This document shows positions 1-13,168 of a stretch of DNA of 64,000 nucleotides, piece after piece; the stretch's first letter is position 1; every line of letters starts with the position of its first letter. A program made the translations under genes and the position numbers. The notes below the pieces were generated by a model that was not told the DNA's origin, did no database searches, and saw only the letters and a list, made by a program, of their open reading frames with translations. The stretch is from Heteronotia binoei (taxonomy: Eukaryota). The stretch covers positions 68,138,001-68,202,000 of the forward strand of contig NC_083227.1 of the NCBI RefSeq assembly GCF_032191835.1, written 5' to 3'.

Positions 1-160
1 CCATTTTAAAACAGCATGTTACCATTAAAGTTCTTGCAAGTTCTGCTATGGCAAGTGCTTTCTGTATTTAATTTTCATATTTAATTTTCCACATTAAAAA
101 TATAAGTTCTGAATAATCAAAAGACACCTAGTAAATACTGAGATATATTGGATACCCCTG
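1..160. mobile_element. Terminal part of a hAT-like non-autonomous element, cut by the window edge
   Basis: Ends in GATACCCCTG, the same terminus as the element ending at 6565. The other end is not in the window. Confidence 0.45.
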
Positions 161-231
161 CCTTAAACACTAAATTTTAATATATAACAATCAATTAACC
201 ATGATTTAAATGTCTTGTTCCAGATCTATCT

Positions 232-442
232 ATAAAAAGTTTGTATAGTTGCACAGAAAACTGGAAGGGGGGGGGGGGAAATCTGTGCAATTGATAGTTC
301 CAAAGGAAGTAAATACTTAGGTATTGTAGTTCTAAATTAGATTAGATCAAAATTGAGTTTAACTTAGACCACAGAATTATCTATTGCACAGATTTCCCTC
401 CCCCCCCTTCCAGTTTCCTGTGCAACTATACAAACTTTTTAT
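232..442. repeat. Inverted repeat: ~70-bp arms around a ~73-bp spacer
   Basis: ATAAAAAGTTTGTATAGTTGCACAG..GGAAATCTGTGCAAT (232-300) is the reverse complement of 374-442, apart from the G/C run and 2-3 mismatches. TA on both flanks. Confidence 0.85.
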
Positions 443-578
443 AATATGTGAAATGTCACTGACTATATGCAAATTAATTATGCTATTACAGATTTATAAC
501 AACCCTTATTTATAATGATCTTCCTCATTGTCAGCAGACAGTTCAATATTGCTGTTATTGGAATCTTCATGACACCTG

Positions 579-1245
579 TCAAACTAATATCTTGCTTTGC
601 TTCTGTGGAGTATTACTTAACGAAAGTTTCCTCTTTGAAGATCTTTTAGAGAGTTCAGGTGGAATGTCCAGTTTCAAATTTTTGAAAAGAGCCATACCTC
701 TATCCTTGTCAAATGCCATACAAAGCTTTCCTTGATGTCTTAATTTTCCAGATATGGACCATCTATATTTAATTTTGACTTCCTGCAACTTCCTGTTAAT
801 CGGCTTTTCCTGATTTGTATTGCCTCAGCTGGCACATCAGGAAATAAAGATTTTTCCCCTTTATAGTTTAGATGTCCTTTGAGAGGAATTCAAAATAGTT
901 TTTCTATCTCTGACAATGTGACCAGAATATCCCTTGGCCATTTTCTGCTAGGAACATTGGGGGCATCAAGCCTGTGTGCTTTTAAAATAGTTGGAACTGA
1001 GCCCTCTATCGTTTGAAGTTCCGACATTATCCAGTGTCCCATTAAAGTTATTAAATCAGAAGCATTCTTTTCTCCCTCTGTTATCCCCCAGAATTTTAAA
1101 TTACCTTGTTTCATCTGAGATTGCATTGCAATAGTTTTGTCCTTTAACAGCTGTATTTCCTCATGTATATGTATACAATTAGCCATGCTAAGGCTGATCG
1201 CAGTTTCTGCTTGTTGGTCAGTTTTATTCAGGGCTTCAGTCAAGT
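579..1245 (-). pseudogene. Decayed L1-clade LINE ORF1p (RRM and C-terminal domain)
   Basis: ORFs 890-1243 (NLKFWGITEG..AHRL..PRDILV) and 579-788 (KIKYRWS), joined by LFPDVPAEAIQIRK; these are typical L1 ORF1 motifs. Stops and frameshifts present. Confidence 0.75.
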
Positions 1246-2180
1246 TTTTTTTCTATCAAGGACGTAATTATTGAGTCTTCCACTTCTTTTATTGATGTGT
1301 GCAGAGATTCCTGAAGCATTTGGAAATGATTTGAAATGAGACTTGCATCTGCCAACTCAACAACTACAATAAAAGGAGGAGGCTGAGATGGTGATGCTTG
1401 CATTAGAGTATCTAGTATCTAGTATCCTATTCCAGGAAGGTGTATCTGTAAATTTTGAAATTTGAGCTTTAACTATTCTTTTAATGTTTCAATAATATTC
1501 CATATAAAATTTACCACCTTTCTGCTGAACTTTAACTACATTCTTTATCTATTTGGAGGTCAAAATTGAGACTAGGTAGAACATTCATTTTTACAAGTGA
1601 GCAATTTTGATAAAATAACATATAAAACAGTAAAATACATGTAAATGAAAGTCTGCCAAGCTGAATACCACTGAGTTTTGTCCAACAATTTTCAATTCTT
1701 TTTATAACCTGAATTAAGAGTACTTTTTTTCTTAAACAAATAAGATAGATTTACCGAATATAACCTTCTTCTGTAGTTGAAGCACCAGCAATATCCATTT
1801 TTAGTCTTGCTGTCTGGAATACTCATTGTACATCAATTGGCCAGCTTCCACAAGTCACTGACCTTTTTGGATGTAGCTGAGCTGATTAAATTTGTATTAC
1901 ATTTATTGCATTTATTGCAAAGACATAATCACATACACACTAACACACTGTAAATTTCACCTACACAATGCTGCCTCAGTCAGTTCAGTATGTGCAGGCA
2001 TTGGCAGACAGGAGCAAAGTGAGTTTTAGAATAATCTGATGATATACCACTGAATACATGTGTCATTATTGAATACAGGACAAATCACTCCCCAGTTTTC
2101 TGGTAGGTGGGTAAAACATTTTTTCTTATCTCCCAAGTATTTTGAGGAACCCCATGATATAGTTAGGAGACACATAAAAC

Positions 2181-2618
2181 CAGACCTCATTTTGAGCAGG
2201 ATCTCAAAGGTGCAGAGCTGTGGAAACGCTAAATTGTATTGTGCTCTTTCTTTCTTATGCCCCCCCCCAAAAAAAAACTTGCTTCTGGGCTCCATTGTTC
2301 AACCCCCCTGTGAGAATTTTACTGAACTCTAACATTTGACAAACTTTCTAATATCCCCCCCCCAAAAAAAATGGGGAAATAACCAAAACGTATAAAGCAG
2401 ACATATAAAGCAGACATCATGCCACTGTGGCCACATAGGAGAAAGTAATTTAAAAAGTATGATGGGAGTAAAGTTTTATTATGACAATTATAATCCAAGA
2501 AACATTTTAAGGTAGTTGCTGAGCAGATATAATTTATGCAATGAGTTATGCAAATGAGTTATGCAAATAAATTGTGCTAATGTGCTCCGACACCTCTTTT
2601 TCTACAAAATGACCCCTG
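2181..2618. mobile_element. hAT-type MITE (CAGGCCTC...GACCCCTG family)
   Basis: Termini CAGACCTC / TCTACAAAATGACCCCTG; 8-bp TSD CATAAAAC / CATGAAAC; ends shared with the 11431 and 56059 copies. Confidence 0.8.
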
Positions 2619-4024
2619 CATGAAACAGAAATCTTCCTGAAACTGTGCCTGGATGGGATATCTTATGGTAATCCAATGTAAGCTGTTTTGAGTTCAATGA
2701 AGTAAGAAAGTTTGGATGCCAGTGCAATAGCCACTACCTGAGACCATTACGGGGAGGGTGGGATATAAATCTAATTAATTAAATAAATAAATGTAGAGGG
2801 TGGTTTCAGTATGTGAGAATGGTGTGGAGATTGCATGAGTCCATCTCATGCCACTGTTGCAATATGTTGGACAACAGATACTATATAGGTCCTTTTCACT
2901 GGTCCCAGTCCCATCCAGATGATTTGTCTGGTAAAGAACTCTGTTGTTTCCTTGACTGTGTGGTTGTGTACCTCTAAGTATTATACCAACTGCATGCCAT
3001 GCAACAAGTAAATAAATGGCTGTTGTGTGTAATCAAATATCCCGGCATCTTTTTTGTAGCTAACCCACATTTGATAGTATGAATGATTCAACATTCTGAA
3101 TTAATATCCAGGTCTGAAGAGGTTAGCATACATATGCACAATTCTCTGTTGAGTATTAATGAGTTATTTTGAGTGATGCAGGGTGCACACTGAGCTGACA
3201 TTGACATTTAAAATGTGTTCTGAGTATTGTACAAACAAAAGGATTGCCAACGACTTAGCATTACGTATTACGCAGATGTCCTACATGGTGCCAGAATTTT
3301 CTATTGCTGGATTTACCCATTGGTTGGAAAATAACAGGGAAAGGGGGATTAGAAAAGCAATAGTTTTCTGTAAAGCTTTATGGGACACATCTACTATGAT
3401 CTCAGCTTACTTGCTTTATCTATGCAAGTAAAAACACCAGTGGAAATAGACTAATGGATTAAATGCAAATGTGTGTAATCTGTAAATATGTGTGCATTTG
3501 GGGAGGAGACTCAATGTGGTATCATGTAATATGTGAATTTGACCGAAGAGTTGAGTCAGGTTTAAGATAGCTATTTAGGGCAAGGCATATTAACCAAAGT
3601 AACTATGTATTTCCCATGGCTTTTTATTTTTTTTTCTGGAAAAAGAGATGCTGGAACTGGAAATGGAGAAACACACAGGTGCCCCTCATGAACTTTTGAA
3701 CATTTTTTGAGTATTTTGTTTCCACAAAGAGGTTCCAGAATTTCCTCTCTCATGATATTCCTACAATGCTGTGAATTTCTCACCTTTCACAACCTACTTA
3801 ACAATGCTTCTATAATTTAGCATTGGCATCATTTTACCTCCCTTCTCCTCAAATGTTGTAGCGTAGAAAGAAACAGAGTTAAAGACCATGGCCAAATGTC
3901 TCTGAAATTAATACTTGCTTGTTTCAAATTGGACAGTATTTGTAGGTCCAGTATCAGACAGTAATCTACACATATCAGTATCAGCCCAAGAGAAGTCTAA
4001 TACAGCAATGATCTGTACTGCCCC

Positions 4025-4460
4025 TTACAAATTTATTTATTTATTTATTTGGGATTTATATCCCGCCCTTCCCACAAATGGCTCAGGGCGGCTTCCAACA
4101 GTTAATCAACATAAAATTTAAACAATTTCAAATATAAAACAATTAAATATTTAAACAGATTAAAACATTAAAAACAGAGTAAATCAGTTTCCTGTAAACA
4201 GATGGCTGGCCAGTTAGGTATAGGCTAGCCGGAAGAGGGTCGTCTTACAGGCCCTGCGGAACTGCGCCAAGTCCCGCAGGGCCCTCACCTCTTCCGGCAG
4301 CTGATTCCACCATACGGGGGCCATAACGGAGAAAGCCCTTTCCCTGGTGGCTTTCAGACGGGCTTCTTTTGGCCCGGGGATAGTTAGGAGATTTTGTGTT
4401 CCTGACCTCAGTGCTCTCTGGGGAACATGTGGGGTGAGACGGTCCTTCAGGTAGGCAGGG
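4025..4460 (-). mobile_element. L2 LINE 3' fragment
   Basis: (TAAA)n tail at 4030-4050; ORF 4214-4492 contains RAFSVMAPVWWNQLPEEVRAL..FRRACKT, the L2 ORF2 C-terminus. Confidence 0.9.
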
Positions 4461-4594
4461 CCAAAGTAATGGATGTGGAGTATCCCTTTCACCCTACTGC
4501 ATCTGAAAATTTATATTTTCTTTATGGGTATACTGGTAACCCTTCCTTATGGGTATACTGTACAGATGTGTCTCTCCAGTCAAGCAACTGCTTG

Positions 4595-5008
4595 GGGAGG
4601 CATTCAGGGGTTGTGACAGATAACTCACTGAAAGTGTGCAACTGCAATAAAAAGGGCCAATGCTATGCTGGGAATTATTAGGAAGGGAATTGAAAACAAA
4701 TCAGCCAGTATCAAAATGCCCCTGTACAAATCGATGGTGCGGCCTCATTTGGAATACTGTGTACAATTCTGGTCACCACATCTCAAAAAAGATATTATAG
4801 CATTGGAAAAAGCAGAAAAGGGCAACTAGAATGATTAAAGGATTGGAACACTTTCCCTATGAAGAAAGGTTAAAATGTTTGCAACTCTTTAGCTTGGAGA
4901 AACGTCGACTGAGGGGTGACATGATAGAGGTTTACAAGATTATGCATGGGATAGAAAAGGTAAAGAAAGAAGTGCTTTTCTCTCTTTCTCACAATATAGG
5001 AACACATG
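4595..5008 (+). mobile_element. CR1 LINE fragment (ORF2 C-terminal region)
   Basis: Translates to ANAMLGIIRKGIENK..PLYKSMVRPHLEYCVQFWSPH and YEERLK..LFSLEKRRLRGDMIEVYKI, with frameshifts. Confidence 0.9.
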
Positions 5009-5230
5009 GTCAAAGCCCTGGATAGGGGAAAATCAATTAAGTATTGTCTTCAGACTCTTCACACAGATATGACACGTCAACTACTTTCAGTAGATACCAA
5101 AATAAGAGGTTACAAGTAAATCTAGATAGCTACTAAAAGATAACCAGATGTAAAGCACACTGCTGCTAACTACAGCCATCAAACTATGACTGTGGGGCCA
5201 CAGCATAGAAACAGAAAGTATGCTGTAGAA

Positions 5231-6565
5231 CAGAGGTGTCAAACATATGGCCCATGGGCCGGATCCGCCTCACTTAGGGCTCTAATCAGACCCTCCAGCA
5301 ACTAGCTGTCATCTGTTTCATTTTCCCTTGCCTGCTTTTTTCGGTCACCATTTTGTGTTTCTCCCTAGATAAGCCATAGCAGCAAAGCACCCTTTCCCTC
5401 TCTCCCCTCCCTTTTCCCAAAGGGAGGAGGAGGCAGGAGCAGCCTCAGCCAATGAGGGAGCTTGGCTCTATAGCTCTGCTGCATGATTAAGTTTGCCAGC
5501 TCAGTTAATCACCCTGCAGAGCTACTAAGACAAGCCTCTCTTCCTTCTAATGAATGGCTGAGGCTCCTCCCCCTCCTCCTGCCCTGGGGAAGGAAAGAAA
5601 GAGCCAGAGCTTCCTTTGCCCAGTCCCCACCATTAGGAGAGCTACAAAGAATGCTTTTAAGACTAGCAATGTTTTAGTGAAGGTATGAGCTTTTTGTCTT
5701 GCTACAGAGAGAGAGAGAGAGAGAGAGAGTTTTGTTGGGCTTGTAACTGGGTTCCCCTCCTCTTTTTCACTGTACTCATGCCCTCCAGTCTTTCTCAATA
5801 GGAAAGCATGTGAACTATTTAGAAGAGAAATATCAGCATTGGGCTGAGAGTGTGTTCCACCCTGGTCTACCCAGCAAATTTTCCTTATTCTTTTCTTTCA
5901 CATTTTCCTTTGATTGGGGGTCTTGAATTTAGACTTTCCATATAGTAGGCTGACACTGACCACTGTACATGGCTGTCTCTCTGTTCTTGTAGTTGTTTTT
6001 TTTGGGGGGGAGTATTTTTTTTTTTTTAGTTGTAGTCATTTTTCTGGGGGAAATTATAGTTTTGTAGACAACCACATAGCTCTCAGTGTGTGCCATGGTG
6101 CCTTCACATGTTCCTGACTAGTATGTGAAGCAACTTCTGTACAAAAGCTCACAATGCCCAGCTGCTTCATGTTCCTCTGGGTTTTAGGCTCAAAGCATTG
6201 ACCATGAGATGTCTGTAATGAATGTCAATGAATCAAAAGGAGGTTTGCAACTTACAGATGTGCACATCTGAACAGCACATATTCAAGACTGGTACCGCAC
6301 CGACATTGTCTGCAGTTTTTGATGCAATAATTCATAGCAAGAGGTGACATTTATCAGAGACTGTAAAACAAAATATTGCAAGCAGGCTAATATTTTAAGG
6401 ATCTTTTATTTTAAGTAAAAAAAATCTTTAATTGTGTGTCTGTGTCCTTTATAAAGTTTATATGTCCGCTACTTGGCATTACATTTTATGATACACATGG
6501 CTTGGCCCGACAAGGTCTCATTTATGTCAAATCCAGCCCTCATAACAATGAGTTCGATACCCCTG
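5231..6565. mobile_element. Longer non-autonomous hAT (CAGGGGTGTCAAAC family)
   Basis: Left TIR CAGAGGTGTCAAAC, right TIR GTTCGATACCCCTG. Both subterminal blocks resemble the 13114-15838 element in the opposite orientation. TSDs match only 4/8, so this may be an old copy or two pieces. Confidence 0.65.
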
Positions 6566-6714
6566 CCTTAAAGGGACCTTGTATACTCCACGATGACCAC
6601 AATCCTCTTTAATGTGTAAAGAAAGCAGTAGGTTTGCTTCCTCTTCTACCCCACCTCCAGGTTGAGGATACTGGAAAAGCGGGAAAAACTTACTGTAAGC
6701 AAGTGAGATATTTA

Positions 6715-6804
6715 CAGTACAATTCTTATCAGGTCTATTCAGAATCCTACAAAGGTCTGTTCAATGGGGCTAATTCCCAGGAAAGTGTCCTTAGGATTGC
6801 ACTT
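6715..6804. mobile_element. 90-bp PIF/Harbinger-type MITE
   Basis: TTA|CAGTACAATTC...GGATTGCACTT|TTA: degenerate CAGTGCAATCC TIRs with a 3-bp TTA TSD. Confidence 0.6.
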
Positions 6805-6807
6805 TTA

Positions 6808-7946
6808 CAGAGCAATCGGGGGGGGGGGGGGAGGATGAGAACAGGGAGCTGACTGACCCCCATGCAGGCATTAAGTGGGAGATGCACCAGTATAAGGGGG
6901 ACTTACATCAGCAGCAGTCGCAGTCCACACAGCACCACAGTGCCTGTACACCAGCGGTTCAACCCCTCAAACATTTCCGCCAGTGGAAATGTGACCATGC
7001 CAGGGGGCAGGACAGCAGTCATTTGGCTCCCTGAGCAGTTCCTGGGAATACCCCTCAAAGCAGGTGCATCATCAAAAATGGCAGTGCAGCCCATTGGCAC
7101 CAGTGGAAACTCCCTGGCCATCCCTCCGCAGACATCTAAGGCCATGTCCCCGGGGGGGGGGGGTGATGGGAAGCACTGGCACAGGGCCACATTGTGAAGC
7201 ATCAGGCACACCACGAAAAGCTTCACCACTGCCAGGGGCTGCATTGCTTGGCATCTGGTGAAACCACAAGAGAGCATGGCATCCTGGCAGAAGCAGCAGA
7301 ATGTCATCATTAACTGCTTGAATGCCTGCACAATGACCATGTGTGTTTGGTTGTATGCCTGGTTGTAGGCTGCACAGTTCAAGGGGCATCTTTGGGATAT
7401 GACATCATCATATATGGCAGCAGGGGATACCCAGAGTCAGCTGCAGGGAAAGCCAGGAGAGCCATCACAGAGCCAGACCCATACTGCTTCCCCTATCCCA
7501 AGGCATGCCAGGCATACTCATCCAGAAGCCAACGTGTGACCTCTGGCCAGGTGGCCATGAGCCTGTTCAGGCTGGAGGTGGCAAAGATCTGTGCATCAAG
7601 TATGCTGCCCAAGAACTTGGCTATGAAGCCCATGAAGATGCTCAAGTGTGTGCAGGACATGCCAGGGGGAATGGGACTCTTTCAAGCTGCCCCTCTCCAC
7701 CCCAGCAGTGATGCAGACCAGACTGTGGCTCCCAATGACCCACACTGCTCCTCCTGTCATGGCACTCCTGCCTCACAACAATGCTGCAAAGGTAGACTGG
7801 GGTGGAATCACCATGGACCCCACTGCACCAGCAGCCTGAAGTGCTGTTGGGGCACTTTCCCCCCCGATTGATCACTGTGTTGCTAACCCCTTAGGGAGTT
7901 GACTAGTGGCACCACTGCAGTGCTGGTGTGACTCAGGATTGCACAG
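6808..7946 (-). mobile_element. Internally deleted PIF/Harbinger element with a decayed DDE_Tnp_4-type transposase
   Basis: TTA|CAGAGCAATC...GATTGCACAG|TTA. The minus strand encodes IAKFLGSILDAQIF (cf. aKfPGSvHDarIF), ADSGYPLLPYMMMSY (cf. GDSGYPLlpwLmtPY), YNQAYNQTHMVIVQAFKQLMMTFCCF (cf. YN.ah..tR.vIErAFG.LK.RFrcL) and MLHN. Confidence 0.85.
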
Positions 7947-10144
7947 TTAATTGCCTAAATTAAATCGAAGGACCGCACTGGCAACAGCCTAAAACAGGCA
8001 TAGTTTCTCTTAGCTCCTTGAAATGTGGGGTCTCTTTTGTGAGGGATTCAGACTTAAAAAAATGTTATCCCAATTCACTGGGAAACAGCAAAGTTGTGGC
8101 TGAAAATGTGTTTTCCATGAAAACCAATGAAAAGAAACCAAAGGAAAGATTAATTATGATATTAGAGAATAGAACATACTCCAAAATCAGATTTCTGTAT
8201 TTATTTCAACTTTCCCTCATTGCCACAGTTTAGGGGTGCTATTCACCTGATAGGGGCAGGAGTGCCCCACTGTTGCTTGTGTTTTTGCCATTACTCTGAA
8301 TACACAACATTGCAGGTGGCAGCACATCCCTTCTGGTTTAAAAAAAAAATGGAACTGACATAGGACAGCTCTAGGAATCTCTCAAAGCTGAATGGTAAAT
8401 CCACCAAGTTTCCAATGATTCCTAGAGCTATCTTGGCCACTTCCATTTTTATTTACTGAAAGAGAAGTGGTTCTAGAGTTGGCATCACACACACCCATAT
8501 CCCCACCCACAACCCTCCTGCTGATTTCTGGGCACTGCCTGGCAACCCTATGCCAATTCATCTTACTCTTCTAAGTGCTCTTCTGCTTTCACACTGCCCT
8601 AGTCTATGGGTGAAATAGTAGGTACAAAGAAACTTTTCATTTTTATTTATCTGATAAGGCCCATAATGTTATAACACTAGAAAGTTTATCACAGTCTGCA
8701 AGTTCACTGTCTAGGAATTATAGAAATAAATCACTTAGCCTCATATAAGTGTGCCCCATAATGGCAAGAAATTTAAGAAATTGACTTTTATTGTTGGTGT
8801 GAAATGTAATGAATCATCTCTTGTACCGCTGAAATTCTCTCATGCATGTTCAGCTAGCTGAAAGCATGCAATGGGACTACAAGTGAGAAAAACAGGGTTT
8901 CTGCTCTGTTGGTCATGACTTTTGTCAGGAGATGAGAACGATAGGGTATTGTAATTAAAGTTTGTGGGTTACTTTGTTTTTGTTTTGTTTTTAAAAGTAT
9001 CCAGCTAATGAACTAATGGAGTCTTTGGGTAATATAGTGGAATGGGGCTTGTTCATGAATGCTGATTAAGACCAAATTCATTTAGTGAAAGGGAGAAGCA
9101 GCTAAATAAAAAGCTTCATCACTATGAATAAAACACAAGAGAAAGGAGAAATGATGCTTGTCTGAAATGAATGGGCTGATCTGAAAATTCATTTCCAATC
9201 TTAAACAAAATTACTGGAATCATTGGGTTTAGAAAGGTGTAATTTTGCTTAGGTTGTCACTGCAGGTCATTGTTTTGGTCCTGGTTAGGGAACTATCTAC
9301 AGCAAGGAGACAGAACGTACTAATTTATTTGCTTTCCCAAGGAACAAATAAGGCATCTCTTTTTCCCCACCACTGGAAAAGCCTACAGTGTTTTGGATAG
9401 GCTACCTTTCATTATGGCATAAATCTTTCACCAAATAATACCCATGGAATACAAACACCCCAAACAGAAAAAAAAAATCACCCTGAATAACTAAGTCTCA
9501 TGTAAGAACCAAGGTAATGACAAAGAACAACATATACAATATAAGTTGAAGGCTTCCTTGCACAATGTGTTTTTGCATGCTTCAGGTTTTTTTAAAAAAA
9601 TGTGAAATGTGTGAGAGAAATAATGCATTTTGCAGGTATACACATCTGAGAGACAAGACTGGCTGCAGCTCCCAGGTGAATGACTACTACACAATGGCAA
9701 GCTTGGGTTTTACTGCTGTGTACTGCATGAAAGGAACCTCATCACTCTTTTATGCCTTGAAAATCACAGTGCTGCAAGAGATTCAGTGGCTCATATAGAT
9801 TACTGTTAGGTGGCCAGGGATCCAGTGAGGCACATGTAGTAATTTGACCTAACAGTTGCCCTGCCTATACTTTTTTTTCCCTAAAGGAAAAAAAATAGGT
9901 TCAACCTTAGGAAAAAGAAAAGAAGGGAATGCAGGGGTTAGTGGAAGGACTACCCAGGCTCAGTCTCATAGCTGCATTGATGAGATCAGTCGTTCTTATG
10001 TCTGCATTAATCCAAAAGAAAGAATATCAGGTTCTGGTATGAAAGAGGGAGAAGAAGGAGATCAGTCTGTATATTAGGAGTCTTTTTAAAAAATTAATAA
10101 ATGAGACAATTCTATGATTCTATAATTTAGGGGGAAGTGTTTAT

Positions 10145-10215
10145 GAATTTCCTGCATTGTGCAGGGGGTTGGACTAGATGACCCTAGAGGTCCCTTCTAA
10201 CTCTATGATTCTATG
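10145..10215 (+). mobile_element. CR1-type 3' tail
   Basis: GGTTGGACTAGATGACC...GTCCCTTCTAACTCTATGATTCTATGA, the canonical CR1 3' end. Confidence 0.8.
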
Positions 10216-10790
10216 AACCTCTGAGCCTTTCTTGTATGAACATCTACTTATTTCAAAAGAAAAAGTGGAGCAGAAGCACTTGTAAGGCTCAAGGTCAGTG
10301 CCGGCTTTACACTGGAATTTATGCATGAAACAAGATTTTTCTTGTGTAAAATATTTTGAATATATATTAGCAAAATGTTTGGGATATGTATTGGCAACCA
10401 CTAAGGAGCAGGGATTTTTCAGTGATGGCCTCAACACTATATAACTCTCTTTTTCTGGAGATTATCTTTTCTGCCAAATTTGACTATGAGATTTGAACTG
10501 TTGTGATTTTAATATGTGCATTGGTTGCAGTCAATGACAAATTTTATAGGGCTATTGTTTTACTGTATGGTTTTTCATACTTTGTAAACAACTTTAAATA
10601 CTGTTGCATAAAAGGCTGTATAATAGCAAATAAAAGAAAAAGAAATTATCTTTCCAGGCAAGAAGGATAAATTTATCACATGTCTGATCCTTCTCTCTTG
10701 GATATAATCATTTTTATTTAGTTTGTATCTGATGAGTAATAACTATTTTCCTCTATAGAGGCTCATAGCATTATTCATTGGGAAGACATT

Positions 10791-10871
10791 CAAGGAAAAA
10801 TCCTAAGCAGAATTATATCCTTCTGAGTCCATTGACTTCAATGGATTTAGAAGGGTATAAGGATTGCATTG
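10791..10871. mobile_element. Short hairpin MITE with GGATTGCA terminus (Harbinger-like)
   Basis: Internal ~22-bp-arm hairpin TATATCCTTCTGAGTCCATTGA..TCAATGGATTTAGAAGGGTATA; right end GGATTGCATTG|TTA. Confidence 0.55.
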
Positions 10872-11430
10872 TTAAACATCCAACTTCGGACCCTAAAACA
10901 CACACACAATAATTAAAGAAAAATACAAAAAAACCGGAAAGTCAGTGAGGGAATGCTAAGCAAAGCAGAGAAGGCTCACCCATTGGCAGAAGACAAAGAG
11001 GGAGACAAGTGAATCTCTGGGGAGAGAATTTCATGGTTTTGGTGACACCTCTGAGAAAGCTCTTTCTCAGGTTGCCATACTTCTTGCCTCAGATGGGTAG
11101 AAGCAGAAGCATTAATGAGAGCAATATATTGAGTAGAATGGGAGGGCTATCTACAGCAAGGAGTAGGCTTGCTCACTGGTTTTCTTTTATCAAACTGTTT
11201 GACCAATTTTGACAAATTATATAAAGATTTTAAGAGCTATCTCACACAAGCCAAATTACTCAGGAAAATTTAAAATTAAAATAATTCAGTAGATACATAT
11301 TCTACAACATATTCACAGATAGTTCTTAGTCCTTCATTAAAAACAAATATATCATTAAATCCAATCCGTTTTTCTGCTGATGAGAAAGGGAGGAGGGTTC
11401 TCCTTTGGCCAACAATAAGTCTTCACTGAG

Positions 11431-11818
11431 CAGGCCTCAGATTCAGCAGTTCACAGGAACGCAGCTCCTGAACCTTTCTGAGGGTTCCCCCTCTTCCTCC
11501 TCACTTACCTTGTCCATTGAACAGTAGGTGCAGCCAGCCAGCCACCAGGGGCTTTGCCACGCCCCCAGCAGCCGTCATTAACCCTGGAGAAGCCTACACC
11601 ACCCTTTGTCCACTTCTTATGTGATTTTGAGTGATGGGTGGCTTGCTGGCCTTTTGACTGGGGGGGAGGGCAACCCAGGAGAGCCCCAGTCAAGTGAGAC
11701 CTGCTTCGGCTGACTGGATCTCTGGCATCAGGTTGCTTTAGGCTGGGGGGTGGGCAGCATATACTAATGAGTTATGCTAATGAGCTCCACCACCTATTTT
11801 TCTGCAAAACGACCCCTG
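11431..11818. mobile_element. hAT-type MITE (CAGGCCTC...GACCCCTG family)
   Basis: TSD TCACTGAG / ACACTGAG; colinear with 56059-56418 and 57127-57226. Confidence 0.85.
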
Positions 11819-13168
11819 ACACTGAGGATCATGAGACAAGCATGTACAAAAGCCATGTGGAACCAGAGTTTTAGTAGAAAGGAGAATTAGGTGAAATGTG
11901 GGACATCTGGTTGAATCCAACCCCATGTGTAATAATTATACTTACAACAATAGTTGTAACAGCTAAGAATTTTGTCAACACACACACACTATTTAAAATG
12001 GGATAGCTTTTGCAGATGCTGAGATTATAGATTTGATAACATGAAATACAAAAAAAGTTATACTGTACCATTTATGACTATGATATGACTATAAAGAAAG
12101 AACACTTTCTTTTCTGCTAGCAAAGCCTAGTCTTTGTTTTCTCTGTAACAATTTCAGGTGTATATTATTCTACACATCTAATTCTTTATGAGACAAGTGG
12201 GAAATTTATTCCATTAAAAACAGTGTAATAAATTCCCCCCTCCCACACACACACGCAAAAGATAGAGCTTGGGATGGAAATCTATTCACAGCACAGAAGG
12301 TGTTGCAAAGAAAGCTTCAAATATGAGATCTCTTTATGCCAATTACCCATGACAGATAGCAGCAAAGACACGCACAGCCTGACTGAGGAGCATTCAAGAG
12401 GAAGGGAGAGCAACATCGTGAAAAACCGCGGATGGGGTTCTTCTGAAAATTCAGTTTGTTCACATGAAATATATTGGTATATTCTTTACATAGCCAAAGT
12501 AACCTTTTGAACTGAAAAAAAAAATTGACATCTCAGATGCAACACTGACTTGAGTTTTCAAGCATAATTAACCCAAGACCAAATTGACTATGGGTTTATT
12601 TATCTTCATCCAATTAAAAAAAAGAACTTGCCTTAACATCACTTATAAACTGGTTTGCTTCTCTAATTGGTTCCTTTAAAAGTACATTATGAAGGACCAT
12701 CATCTTTCTTATACCAAAGCCACCACTGCTTATAGATATATCAGTATTTCAGTCAATCTCTCACAGCTAAAACTAAATTGATTAAATTTTCAATATTTCA
12801 TTTAAAAAAAAAACTGTAGAAGTTCAGGAAGTGATGTAAAAACCCATAAACTCAACACCAAATGTCTAACTTTTCAGGATCTGTTGGATGTTTCACACAT
12901 GTTGTTCAACAAAACACACTGAATTATAGTTTCATTTCTCAGGCTTCTGCAATGACCACTAAATTGCATGCCAGAGGGCATATCTCAAAGTTAACAGGGA
13001 AGGGGTCACCTTCTGCAATCAGGATATGCCGCTTTATTTGTTTGTTTAAGAAATTTGTATTCCATCTCTACAGACCTGCTCTGGATACCTCATTGACTTC
13101 AGTGGTGTTAGTGTAGGGGTGTCAAACTCATTTGTTACGAGGGATGGATCTGATCAGGCTGTGTCAGG

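Noticed and set aside
7064-7875. Plus-strand ORFs (e.g. 7341-7871, 176 aa) as a novel gene
   Set aside because: Antisense shadows of the GC-rich Harbinger relic; no splice or promoter support.
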